Source: Candidatus Aenigmatarchaeota archaeon
Lineage (GTDB): Archaea > Aenigmatarchaeota > Aenigmatarchaeia > QMZP01
Reading direction: 5' to 3'
DNA length: 37,333 nt
Assembly (NCBI GenBank): GCA_030615165.1
Contig: JAUWZW010000003.1
Span: forward strand, 1 to 37,333
The first letter of the stretch is position 1, and every line of letters starts with the position of its first letter. The notes beneath the pieces are model-generated. The model had not been told where the DNA came from, did no database searches, and saw nothing but the letters and a program-made list of their open reading frames with translations. Made by a program: the position numbers and the translations under genes. Shown here piece by piece: positions 1-9,112 of the stretch.

Positions 1-604
1 TTAGAAAGCGCAGTGACTTAAACCCCTCAGCATATTTTACCTTTCCCTGAAAGCCCCTAAAGTTGGCAACAGCCCTGGCACTCTCTATGATGTCCAGACT
101 GGCTGGATTGGATTTGGTAATTTGAGACTTATACACTTCCAGAAGCCTAATCTTCTCCTCTAAAACATCCTCTATATCCACAAAAACATCAGGTTCAAAG
201 TTACAGGTTGTATAGCCTTCGTAGAATAATACCTTCTTGATATATCTGGTAGCAGAAATAACACATTTGGCCAAGACCCTATGATCCTGATGGATATCAT
301 CAAAATAATTAACATACACCTCATCCGGCTCTACTTCTTTTATCACTTCCTCAATAATAGAAATGGTCTTTTTGTTTACAGGGATTTCCGTATCCTTAAA
401 ACCTCCCCAGAAGACCTTCTTTGCCTGCAGTAACTCAGCAGCCTTTTCCTGTTCCCTTCTCCTCGCAGCAGCTTCACCGCCTGCGCTACCGTCAGTTAAG
501 ACCATAAGATATACATTATCCCCTTTCCTTGTATCTTTAAGCAGTGTTCCGCCACAGCCATACTCAATATCATCAGGGTGGGCAGCAGTAGCCAAAATAT
601 TCAT
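1..604 (-). CDS. PIG-L/LmbE family N-acetylglucosaminyl deacetylase, 3'-partial (C-terminus runs off the window start)
   Basis: My translation of the minus strand from ATG at 604 gives MNILATAAHPDDIEYGCGGTLLKD...DDIHQDHRV... The AHPDD and HxDH zinc motifs are diagnostic of the PIG-L/LmbE family. There is no stop before position 1. The ORF track omits it, presumably because it is an edge ORF. Confidence 0.75.
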   Translation of the reverse strand, partial: MNILATAAHPDDIEYGCGGTLLKDTRKGDNVYLMVLTDGSAGGEAAARRREQEKAAELLQAKKVFWGGFKDTEIPVNKKTISIIEEVIKEVEPDEVYVNYFDDIHQDHRVLAKCVISATRYIKKVLFYEGYTTCNFEPDVFVDIEDVLEEKIRLLEVYKSQITKSNPASLDIIESARAVANFRGFQGKVKYAEGFKSLRFL

Positions 605-637
605 TCTATCTTTCCTCATCCCACCACCTAAAAAATG

Positions 638-1057
638 TTATTTACTTTTCCGTCCGGTTCGCTTGGCTTCCTGTTCCCTCTCCCCGTATTTTTCGAAAAT
701 GCAGCGAACCTTTAAATCCCCTTCATTCATTGTGTTGTGAACGCGATGGAACACCCCCGCGGGGATGAGGACCAGATCCCCCTCCTTCACATAGAACCCG
801 CGATCGTCAAGCTCCATCCCTCCGGTGCCTTCCAGGAAAAAATAAACCTCCTCCTGATTATCATGGCTATGACCCTTTGTACTCTTTCCCGGATGAAGAA
901 TAGTCTCTGAAACTGTCAGGTGGTCGAGCCTGTCTGCCAGGTCAAAAACATCATAAACATCAGTATGCCTTATTCTTTCCGCAATCTTAGTGAAATCATT
1001 CAATGATATTTTTAGTTCCTCTATTGGATAAGCCTGAATTCCTTTTGCCATATTCAA
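638..1057 (-). CDS. cupin-domain protein
   Basis: The two cupin motifs are present: GHSHDNQEEVYFFLEG and GDLVLIPAGVFHRVHN. It is 139 aa. Confidence 0.7.
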   Translation of the reverse strand: MNMAKGIQAYPIEELKISLNDFTKIAERIRHTDVYDVFDLADRLDHLTVSETILHPGKSTKGHSHDNQEEVYFFLEGTGGMELDDRGFYVKEGDLVLIPAGVFHRVHNTMNEGDLKVRCIFEKYGEREQEAKRTGRKSK

Positions 1058-1117
1058 GAGTCATCCTCGAAAGGTAAATACATTTGGTATAAAAAAAATC
1101 AACCAAAAGGTTTAAAA

Positions 1118-1525
1118 CTACAGCTGTTTTTTTGCCTTCGCAGGCTTTGTTTTCTTTCCTTCCACTTTCTTGAGCAGCTCCTCAAAGTCCTTTTCCAGGG
1201 TGGCGAATCCGAAGACCCTCGCAATGCCCAGCAGAAGCAGGGCTGCTCTCACAAAACACAGGGAAGTCAGGACAAATGCTACACCTGTTGATACCAGCAG
1301 CGTGGGCGCATAGATTGACCCCGTTATTGATGAAAGAACATAAAGCATGTTGAGGAATGAGCCGAGTGTGAATGCTACCGCTGCTGCCACAATCCAGTTT
1401 ATGAAACCCTTAAACTCCCCCTTCAGGAACTTCCTGCTCGAGTAATAAAGAACGCACGCTGTAGCCAGGGCTATGAAAAACACAATGGTGTAAACACCTA
1501 TATCCACAATCGGTATCATATACAC
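1118..1525 (-). CDS. small integral membrane protein with a K-rich C-terminal tail
   Basis: 135 aa with 3-4 hydrophobic helices. The tail is KKVEGKKTKPAKAKKQL. No recognisable domain. Confidence 0.45.
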   Translation of the reverse strand: MYMIPIVDIGVYTIVFFIALATACVLYYSSRKFLKGEFKGFINWIVAAAVAFTLGSFLNMLYVLSSITGSIYAPTLLVSTGVAFVLTSLCFVRAALLLLGIARVFGFATLEKDFEELLKKVEGKKTKPAKAKKQL

Positions 1526-1577
1526 CTCGCCTCACAAACTTAACGGAAACATAGACTTCGTCTATGTCAACCCTCCT

Positions 1578-2132
1578 TCAGTTAACCTTTATAATCCTGT
1601 CGCAGAACTGCTTTATCTGCGAGAGCAATATCTCCTCCATTTCCTTTTCCACGACCATGAAGATTCCAGCCAGGCCCAGGAGCTTAACCCTTGTCATGAG
1701 GAAGTGCGAGAACTTTGCAATGGACTTCGATGAATTATAGATTACAAGTGTGCTGAGGGCATCTATAAACAGAAACTTCTTCCCCGGCATTGCCTGAAGT
1801 GCCTGTGTTATCGATATGCCGAGCTCTGTGAGGCTGCCCGGGGAATTGATAAATAAACAATTCCTAACCCTTTCTGACCTGCCGCCGCTTGTTTCTGTTA
1901 TGCAGTCTATAAAGAATACCCTACTGGTATCAATTCTTCCATTTTCCATTACTTTTTTCAGTCTACTGTATGGCTGGTTGATGGCAACGTAAAGACATAA
2001 GTTTTTATTTTTCATTACGGTTTTCACTATTTTTATGTTTGTACTCATCAGTTTTTCCCCTGATGTTATAACCATTACGGCAAGGTCTTCCCCCAGGTCT
2101 CTAAAGCCATCCAGCATTACTTGGTTCTTCAT
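1578..2132 (-). CDS. hypothetical protein, possibly a degenerate RecA/KaiC-like fold without a P-loop
   Basis: 184 aa. LFIDALSTLVIYN...LLGLAGIFMVVEKE resembles the KaiC/RecA-superfamily strand pattern, but no Walker A is present. The function call is weak. Confidence 0.4.
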   Translation of the reverse strand: MKNQVMLDGFRDLGEDLAVMVITSGEKLMSTNIKIVKTVMKNKNLCLYVAINQPYSRLKKVMENGRIDTSRVFFIDCITETSGGRSERVRNCLFINSPGSLTELGISITQALQAMPGKKFLFIDALSTLVIYNSSKSIAKFSHFLMTRVKLLGLAGIFMVVEKEMEEILLSQIKQFCDRIIKVN

Positions 2133-2195
2133 TTGAACCCCCTAAAGCACTAATAATTAATTATTATAATACCCTAAATATAAATTAGTGGTTTT

Positions 2196-2585
2196 ATGGT
2201 TGTTGGTGAATTTATTGGTATCAGCAAGGAATTGATTTCGCAAATCCTGCAGCTTGATGTAATGCTGATATTCATAATACTCTTTGTCTTCATAATAATA
2301 GCCTACAAGGTTTTCAAATACCTGATGAAGGCACTCATTATAGGCATAGTCTTTGCACTCATACCCATACTTGCAAACTTCCTGGGATTTCCCGTAGAAA
2401 TAAACTTTTATGTAATATTACAGTACGCGATATATGGCATAATTATTTTCGTTGTCTACTCTGTCATACACACAGGTCTCAGGATTGTTGGTTTTGCGCT
2501 CTCCCCGTTCAAGAGGTCATTCAAGAAAAAGGAAAAGGTTGTAGTAAAGGAAGTCGAAAAACCGAAAAAGAAGAAAAGGAAATAA
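2196..2585 (+). CDS. small membrane protein with a lysine-rich C-terminus
   Basis: 129 aa with 3 predicted TM helices. The tail is KKKEKVVVKEVEKPKKKKRK. Confidence 0.45.
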   Translation: MVVGEFIGISKELISQILQLDVMLIFIILFVFIIIAYKVFKYLMKALIIGIVFALIPILANFLGFPVEINFYVILQYAIYGIIIFVVYSVIHTGLRIVGFALSPFKRSFKKKEKVVVKEVEKPKKKKRK

Positions 2586-2594
2586 TTTATTATA

Positions 2595-3164
2595 TCAACC
2601 TGTTATCTCTTTCTTCAGAAGGTTATCCCCTCTTCTCAGCTGGATGAATGCATAGATGTTTACCTTGTCCCTCTGCCATTCCACTGTTGCATTCTCTGTA
2701 TCAAACAGTATGGTCATGTTGAATGCAGAGGCAATCCCCGTGAATGTTGTTGAATTTGTTGCATTATCAGGAGCTGTCAGATTTTGTGATGTAGCTCCTA
2801 TTGTGATATTTACTGTCTTGCTGGAGTCCAGAAAATTCCCCACTGTTATATTCAGGTCATTTGTGCTTATGTTCTCTGTGACAATCCACAGGGTTGTGAA
2901 GTTGGCCAGGCGCTCCAGCATTATTCTCTCAACAAATCCTGTGAAGTTCTTCAGGTATTCCATTGGCTTGCTTTCATTCAGACCGAGATTCAGGACATTC
3001 GGAATCTCCCTCTCAAGGTTATCGGACAGATAAGTTAAATCCTGTGTTACAGGCATGACCAGCTGGCCTCCCCTTGGTATCCCCATATAAAACAGGGTGC
3101 AGAGCATGAATGCCCCGAGTATGAAGAATTGCCCCTTGCGTTGATGGATGCCTTTCGCTACCAT
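2595..3164 (-). CDS. archaeal type IV pilin-like / class III signal peptide protein
   Basis: The N-terminus is MVAKGIHQRKGQ|FFILGAFMLCTL: [KR]GQ followed by a hydrophobic helix, as in the archaeal prepilin signal (DUF1628-like). It has many N-x-S/T sequons, suggesting a surface glycoprotein. Confidence 0.5.
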   Translation of the reverse strand: MVAKGIHQRKGQFFILGAFMLCTLFYMGIPRGGQLVMPVTQDLTYLSDNLEREIPNVLNLGLNESKPMEYLKNFTGFVERIMLERLANFTTLWIVTENISTNDLNITVGNFLDSSKTVNITIGATSQNLTAPDNATNSTTFTGIASAFNMTILFDTENATVEWQRDKVNIYAFIQLRRGDNLLKKEITG

Positions 3165-3523
3165 AAAAATAACCTCACTTCGTGCGGGTCGTAACTGTCA
3201 CTGCCAGCTATGAGATAAACCGCAATCCATATGTTGCTTGCATCAGGAGTGGGCCCGACACAGGTGCCGGAATAGTTGCATATCTTTATGCTGTGATTGT
3301 AACTGCCCACTGCTACCAGGGAGTTAAGGCCGGTGTAATTCTTATCAACCACATAGCTCCTGAGCAAGCCCTGGTCATCAAGGCTCTTTAATGTCTCGTA
3401 ACCCATGACGCTCAGGTCTATTGGTTCCGGTAAAGTAATGTATGTTCTCCCCAGTACGGTAAGGAAGCCGATTATAACCACACCAGCAAGTACAGATTCT
3501 ATTATGTACCAGAACCCTCTCAT
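3158..3523 (-). CDS. pilin-like protein (class III signal peptide candidate)
   Basis: The N-terminus is MRG|FWYIIESVLAGVVIIGFL: RG cleavage context, then a hydrophobic helix with Glu near +5/+6. It overlaps the downstream pilin-like gene by 7 nt, so likely the same operon. Confidence 0.45.
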   Translation of the reverse strand: MRGFWYIIESVLAGVVIIGFLTVLGRTYITLPEPIDLSVMGYETLKSLDDQGLLRSYVVDKNYTGLNSLVAVGSYNHSIKICNYSGTCVGPTPDASNIWIAVYLIAGSDSYDPHEVRLFLW

Positions 3524-3567
3524 AACAACCCAATTAATATTTTAGTTCTGGGTAATAAAATAATAAC

Positions 3568-5001
3568 ATGAACCTATACTCTGTTCTCTCTTACATTGGC
3601 ATGATTCTGGAGATACTTGGTATTCTGGCTTTCATACCCATAATCATTTCCCTTATATATGGGGAGGGGCTGCATTTCCCGTTCATTATCACAGGGATAA
3701 TATCTTTTGCAATAGGTTCTATTCTGAGCAAAAGATTCGAGAAAGAGGATTTGGACCTTGGTTCTGCAATGGTTGTGGCTGCCCTGAGTTTCATAGTGGT
3801 ATCCTTAATAGGCTCCATCCCTTATCTCTATTTCCTCAATCCCCTGGATTCCGTATTCGAATCCGTTTCCGGCTTTACAACAACAGGATTAACAGTCATC
3901 CAGCCTGAGGGTTACCCGTTATCCCTCTTGTTCTGGAGGAGTTTCACACAGTGGATCGGGGGAATAGGCATAGTGATTATATTCATTTTGCTCATAGCCT
4001 CGCCCGGAATCTCATCATACCACCTCTACAGGGCAGAGGGAAAGGCAGAAAAGATAGAGGCCGGGATTAAGCACACTGTCAAGAAGATGTTCAAGGTGTA
4101 TGGTTTTTACACGGTTCTTGGGATAATCCTGCTCTGCCTTGCGGGAATGCCCCTGTTTGATTCCCTTCTGACCACATTTACATCCGTATCAACAGGCGGC
4201 TTCAGTCCAAAAAATGCCTCAATAGGCGCGTATGGAAATCCCTGGATAGAGCTGGTGATAATAATCCTTATGATAATCGGAGGGACATCGTTTTTCGTTC
4301 ACAGCAGGATATTTAGTGGTCCTCTAAAAGAGGCCTTGAAAAAAACAAAAACAAGGGTTGTTAAATATTTGAAAAACCCGGAGACAAAGCTTTTCTGGTG
4401 CATAATGGTCGTATTCTTCATCTTAATCACCCTTACTCTTATGCCCCAACAGGATGCCATCAGGCATGGTATATTCCATTCTGTTTCAGCACTGACAACA
4501 ACAGGGTACACAACATTCGCAATAACCCCGTCAGGAAGCGTGCTGTTCTTTTTGATAATCTTGATGGTAATTGGTGGTTATGCTGGCTCAACAGCGGGTG
4601 GTTTAAAGCTTGTCAGGTTCGGGATTGCCGGGAAATCCATTGCATGGCTTGCAAAGAAGATATCACTGCCATTTGAGGCAATAATCCCCTTCAGATTTGG
4701 GAAAAGGGTTATAAAGGAATCAGAGCTGACTATAATATCCCTCTTTGTTGCGATATACATCATGCTCCTTGTGGTAAGCAGTATAATATTCATACTCCTC
4801 GGTTATCCTCCTCTCACTTCCTTCTTTGAGGTGGCCTCTGCACAGGGGACTGTTGGTCTGAGTGTCATAAACATGGCTGCACTGCACTGGCTGGGCAAGA
4901 TAGTTCTGATGATAAACATGCTTCTGGGCAGGCTGGAGATATTCCCGTTCCTGGTCTTAATCTACGGCATATGCAGGACTATCGGGAGGAAGAAGTACTG
5001 A
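3568..5001 (+). CDS. trkH: Trk/Ktr-type potassium uptake protein, TrkH/KtrB family
   Basis: 477 aa polytopic protein with four pore-loop signatures: GFTTTGLTV, STGGFS, ALTTTGYTT, QGTVGLSV. These fit the M1-P-M2 x4 architecture of TrkH/KtrB. Confidence 0.85.
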   Translation: MNLYSVLSYIGMILEILGILAFIPIIISLIYGEGLHFPFIITGIISFAIGSILSKRFEKEDLDLGSAMVVAALSFIVVSLIGSIPYLYFLNPLDSVFESVSGFTTTGLTVIQPEGYPLSLLFWRSFTQWIGGIGIVIIFILLIASPGISSYHLYRAEGKAEKIEAGIKHTVKKMFKVYGFYTVLGIILLCLAGMPLFDSLLTTFTSVSTGGFSPKNASIGAYGNPWIELVIIILMIIGGTSFFVHSRIFSGPLKEALKKTKTRVVKYLKNPETKLFWCIMVVFFILITLTLMPQQDAIRHGIFHSVSALTTTGYTTFAITPSGSVLFFLIILMVIGGYAGSTAGGLKLVRFGIAGKSIAWLAKKISLPFEAIIPFRFGKRVIKESELTIISLFVAIYIMLLVVSSIIFILLGYPPLTSFFEVASAQGTVGLSVINMAALHWLGKIVLMINMLLGRLEIFPFLVLIYGICRTIGRKKY

Positions 5002-5033
5002 GGTTAAGCAAGTAATAAAAATACAAAACCTTA

Positions 5034-5660
5034 TTGATTTTTATGAACCTTCTGAAAATCTATAACAGGCTTCTGAAACATTTCGGCCCGCAGGACTGGT
5101 GGCCAATGCAGCGCGGCTTTAAGCCACCGGAGTGGGAGGTGTGTATAGGTGCTGTGCTCACGCAGAACACGAACTGGGGGAATGTTGAGCTTGCCCTGAA
5201 AAACCTGAAGAAGGCAGACCTTTTATCCAGAAAGGATATTGAAAAAACCAGGAAGAAGAGGCTTGCGGCCCTGATAAGGCCTGCAGGCTATTATAACCAG
5301 AAGGCAAGGAAGCTCAGAATTCTGGCCTCCTTTTCCGGGAAGCCAACAAGAGAGAACCTGCTCGGTTTGTGGGGCCTGGGCCCTGAAACAGTTGATTCAA
5401 TCCTGCTCTATGCGCATGGAGAGCCCTATTTTGTCATAGACGCATACACGCGCAGGGTTTTCTCGAGAATGGGCCTCCAGCTGGATACAAAAACAGATTA
5501 TGAAGAAATCAGGAGCATCTTCGAGGATAATCTCCCCAGGGATGTCAGCCTCTATAAGGAATTTCACGCGCTGATTGTGGAGCTGGCAAAGAGGCACTGC
5601 AGGGCAAGGCCGCTCTGTGAGAACTGCCCCCTGAGTGGGGAGTGCAGGAAAATAATTTAA
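5034..5660 (+). CDS. endonuclease III-related HhH-GPD DNA glycosylase with a 4Fe-4S loop
   Basis: It has a helix-hairpin-helix (LLGLWGLGPETVDSILLYA) and a catalytic Asp region (VIDAYTRRV). The C-terminus has C-x6-C-x2-C-x5-C (CRARPLCENCPLSGEC). Confidence 0.8.
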   Translation: MIFMNLLKIYNRLLKHFGPQDWWPMQRGFKPPEWEVCIGAVLTQNTNWGNVELALKNLKKADLLSRKDIEKTRKKRLAALIRPAGYYNQKARKLRILASFSGKPTRENLLGLWGLGPETVDSILLYAHGEPYFVIDAYTRRVFSRMGLQLDTKTDYEEIRSIFEDNLPRDVSLYKEFHALIVELAKRHCRARPLCENCPLSGECRKII

Positions 5661-5708
5661 ACTGTCAATTGACTTATTATCCCTTTAAGTTGACAATAAA
5701 AAGGGACA

Positions 5709-5738
5709 GGGGAACAGGTTTTGGTAACCCTGTTCCCC
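5709..5738. terminator. perfect 10-bp-stem hairpin (GGGGAACAGG / CCTGTTCCCC) between convergent genes, flanked by A/T runs on both strands
   Basis: It sits directly after the stop of 5034..5660 (+) and after the stop of 5750..6499 (-). It is preceded by the motif TTAAGTTGACAATAAAAAG (5686-5706) that recurs at 26634 and 29124. Confidence 0.6.
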
Positions 5739-5749
5739 AAAATAAATAT

Positions 5750-6499
5750 CTAAGAAATCGCATCCAGGATGAATAAAGCCGCTTTTCTCAGGAGCGCACG
5801 CAATCCCCCGCCGCCCCGAAAACCATAGACCAGTCGGTGCTGACCACGCCGTTTGTAACAGCCTACATTGCCAACGATCTGCTCACATATTTCTCTGTAG
5901 ACATACAGCTCTGGCTGGTAGTCCATTCTAATGGCATAGTCGACTGGCCAGGCATTAGAGTCCAATGACAGTTTGTCATTGGCTGTGGGCTCGATTGTGT
6001 ACCATTCCCAATCACCGGTGAATAAGTCGGTGCACACATCCACCCAGGCATGCCCGTTGCCTTGGAATGCTCCAAGAGGCACCCTTACCATATCGTCCGC
6101 GTATACGTTCAAACCGCTGCCTTGCAATTCATCCAAATATTGGGTTGCAAGCAGCAGTGAACCCAGCAGCCAGGAAACGTCCTCGCAATCCCCTTTGAGC
6201 CTCTTAAGCGTCTCGCATGGGAATGACCAGTATTCAGGTATCCCGTGCTGTTTCCTGTCGGAAACGTATTTGATGGTTCTTACGAAATTGAAGAACACCA
6301 TCAGCGGGTCGTCTCTCCAGCCGTTTTCTTCCATCAGCTTTTGCGCCATGGCTATTACTTCTTTGTTTTCGGGTGTCAGGAACGAATAAACAAAGTAATC
6401 ACCTTCCGGCCTGGCAGGGTATGTAGGGCAGGGTTTCACCACCACCGTATTATCAAGCGAATCGGTCTTTCCTGCGCTTTTAAATTTTAGAGCCGTCAT
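5750..6499 (-). CDS. transglutaminase-like superfamily protein (putative Cys-His-Asp hydrolase)
   Basis: The Cys motif is GDCEDVSWLLGSLL, the His motif is GHAWVDV, and TIEPT lies downstream. This is the typical transglutaminase-core pattern. Confidence 0.6.
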   Translation of the reverse strand: MTALKFKSAGKTDSLDNTVVVKPCPTYPARPEGDYFVYSFLTPENKEVIAMAQKLMEENGWRDDPLMVFFNFVRTIKYVSDRKQHGIPEYWSFPCETLKRLKGDCEDVSWLLGSLLLATQYLDELQGSGLNVYADDMVRVPLGAFQGNGHAWVDVCTDLFTGDWEWYTIEPTANDKLSLDSNAWPVDYAIRMDYQPELYVYREICEQIVGNVGCYKRRGQHRLVYGFRGGGGLRALLRKAALFILDAIS

Positions 6500-6560
6500 A
6501 ATATCACCTTACCTTTGCGAAATTTCCGAAAAGTTGCAGTTATGGACATCCGGTCAACAA

Positions 6561-7703
6561 TCAATCTTTGCCAATATCCCTGACATCCGAAGTCCTTAGT
6601 GCATTGCGAATCTTGCGAATGCGTAAAGGCAGGAACCAGACATTCCGGATTCTGTACCACTCGATTTTGTTCTCGGGGTTGTTGACCACAACATCTCCTA
6701 TGAAGAAAGGCGGCAATGCTCTGAAGAGATTCGGGTATCTCGAATCAGCGTTCTTGGTACCGGCAACCGCGGTTTCGGTGCCGCCGATGAGATAGAACCT
6801 TCTTATGGTCTCGCTTTGCACCCAGTGCATCTTGTTCAGCCTTGTCCATATTATGGAACAAATGATGATAAACATCCAGACCACGCTCCAGACGAAAGCG
6901 AAATTCCTCAAGTCGCCCTGGTAGGCGATATCCAGCTCCACGTAATAGTCCTTGATATCTCCCAATATGTTTATGCCCTGGGTTCTCAAAAGGAAGAAAT
7001 TACCAAGCGGTAGCAGCAATGACAACAGCAAAAGGAACCCAATCATATGCTTGCTCATGGAGTTGTTGAGCGCACAAACAGCGTATACGCCAGTGAGAAT
7101 CCATATCAAGGCGCATGTGTTTGGGCTCAACCAGCCGGCATCGATTATAGGGCCCATAATGAATCCTGCAAGGACCATCCAGGTCAGGAATAGGAAATCA
7201 GAATAAGAGCCAAGTGCAGGCGCACCCGCCTCTGTTTTAATCACGAATAGCCTGATGGGCGCTTTGATTATAATTTTCAGGAACCCCGTTACCTTACCTT
7301 TAGTGTTCCTTCTCATGATAAGCCAGGCAATAACAACAAATGCTGCAGGCACTGCGGTATACATCACTACGGCTTTGCTCGTCTCCCATTCCATTACCAG
7401 GACGGCAATGGATGCGGCTATTCCAGCTATTCCGCATAGCACTCCAAAGACGGCTTTCAGCGTTATGGTATCTTTCCTGGATATTAGTAACAGCCACAAC
7501 ATCACTGCAGCCGTGGGCGCGGCGATATACAGGGCTATCATTTCGCTTGCCTTCCAATGGATTGTGTCCCTGTGGGCAATTATGCCGTATATCAGCGCCC
7601 CCAGATACGTGAATATGAACAGAGAGAACATCTTAGCAACAAGGGCTCCTTTGGAAGTTTCCGCATTTTTATCATTTTTTTGTGTTTTTTCTTCATTCAT
7701 CAT
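6561..7703 (-). CDS. polytopic integral membrane protein, function unknown
   Basis: 380 aa with about 9-10 hydrophobic helices. No recognisable motif. Confidence 0.55.
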   Translation of the reverse strand: MMNEEKTQKNDKNAETSKGALVAKMFSLFIFTYLGALIYGIIAHRDTIHWKASEMIALYIAAPTAAVMLWLLLISRKDTITLKAVFGVLCGIAGIAASIAVLVMEWETSKAVVMYTAVPAAFVVIAWLIMRRNTKGKVTGFLKIIIKAPIRLFVIKTEAGAPALGSYSDFLFLTWMVLAGFIMGPIIDAGWLSPNTCALIWILTGVYAVCALNNSMSKHMIGFLLLLSLLLPLGNFFLLRTQGINILGDIKDYYVELDIAYQGDLRNFAFVWSVVWMFIIICSIIWTRLNKMHWVQSETIRRFYLIGGTETAVAGTKNADSRYPNLFRALPPFFIGDVVVNNPENKIEWYRIRNVWFLPLRIRKIRNALRTSDVRDIGKD

Positions 7704-7762
7704 ATTGCTCCTTTATCAGAAAACTGAACCTGTGGTTTTTGTTAACAATTTTGTCATTTCCC

Positions 7763-8713
7763 TTACGCCCGGTATGTCCGGTATGCTCGGCGGCACTTTC
7801 CAGACACGCTTACTGTATGCCGCTTTATCCGCTTATACAGTCGGACAATTGCCGCGATTAATCTCTTGACTATGTATTTCTCGGGGATATCAAACGGAAC
7901 TTCTGTGGCTATCTGTGATTGTGATACATCCGCCGAGAAAACAATAGCACAAACATTATTCACGAAAAGCTCCTTTTGCCTTCCGTCACTTGGTGGGTCT
8001 TTCCCTGCACATTTAAAGTATGCTTCATTAGCCGCTGAGATGGCAAAGTCAAACAGACTATTAATGTTCTGTTTAAACTTGGATTTGGCGTCTTCAGTGG
8101 TTGTTCTGTAGTTGTCTGTGATGGTCTTGATTTCCCTCTCAAGGCGCCTTGACCTCCAACAGATTCCAAGTATCGTGAACGCCAAAATTAGTGTAATCGA
8201 ACCCCAGGTTGCATTTCTGCTAAAGTCGCCCTCATGTATCGGAATTGTGATACCAAACAAGGACAAAATGAAAAGCACGACAACGGTTAAAACTATACCA
8301 ACACCGCCTATCGCACAGGCCATCAAAAGCAGTCTTATCCCTCCACCAAGAAGGTAAGTCAATTTTTCCTTATTGGTGATGCTTATTCTCCCGTTCTTGG
8401 CATTTAAATGGGCGTCAGCCATCTTTTTGTCGTATTCAATTTTCTCTAAGTTGGTGTGCAGGGCAAGCTTTGACACAATGTCACAAATAGTGGTGGCATA
8501 CAATGACTCCCTGGTGCCTGTTTTAAAGGATTTCATGATATTTAAAAACATTTCAACTACGGCACTCGATGATTTGCCAAACAATGATGCAGGATCTTTA
8601 TCGCGAAAATGATTCCGAACGAACAGCGCATAAGCGAATCTCGCGAGAATCCCAGCAGGGCACATGTCATGCTCAACGGAAATCTGTTCATCTTGTTTTT
8701 TATTATCCGTCAT
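7763..8713 (-). CDS. membrane protein (2 central TM helices), function unknown
   Basis: The long ORF is 7763..8752. The likely start is MTDNKKQ, at the 14th codon. The central hydrophobic block is LLLMACAIGGVGIVLTVVVLFILSLF...ITLILAFTILGICW. Confidence 0.45.
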   Translation of the reverse strand: MTDNKKQDEQISVEHDMCPAGILARFAYALFVRNHFRDKDPASLFGKSSSAVVEMFLNIMKSFKTGTRESLYATTICDIVSKLALHTNLEKIEYDKKMADAHLNAKNGRISITNKEKLTYLLGGGIRLLLMACAIGGVGIVLTVVVLFILSLFGITIPIHEGDFSRNATWGSITLILAFTILGICWRSRRLEREIKTITDNYRTTTEDAKSKFKQNINSLFDFAISAANEAYFKCAGKDPPSDGRQKELFVNNVCAIVFSADVSQSQIATEVPFDIPEKYIVKRLIAAIVRLYKRIKRHTVSVSGKCRRAYRTYRA

Positions 8714-9112
8714 CGGTAAACTCCTTTCTCCCAAAGGGCTAACTAAATCCAAAATACGAAATTATAATTACAACATATAAGAGATCATTGCCTCTTACCA
8801 TATCCCCAACGAACAACCCACAACAACAAACAAACGTCCTTGGTGGTGGGGAAGTGGTGAAAGGCATTGCATGGACTCTTGGTTAATGAAAAGGATTTTA
8901 TCATGTATGGCTATAATGAAGGTTTTATGGCGTTTCCCAAATCGTTCTTTTTCGTTAATATCCATCAAGGCCTATAATCTGTGGTTCAGCATAAAGCAGA
9001 GCAAAGGAAGAGTGAATTACCAACCGCCGTTCTGATGGGCATTATTCCGCTCTTCCTTGCTCTTGCCTTTGCTTCATAGCCATTATGCATGCTATGCTGT
9101 TGAAGTTATTCT

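Noticed and set aside
363-740. 125-aa plus-strand ORF
   Set aside because: It lies antisense within the well-supported PIG-L deacetylase and cupin genes. It has low-complexity Ser/Leu/Pro composition typical of antisense frames.
8760-9110. 350-bp intergenic region with a short ORF (MKRILSCMAIMKVLW..., ~50 aa)
   Set aside because: It is too short, has no RBS and has no conservation signal. It is more likely a promoter/UTR region between convergent and divergent units.
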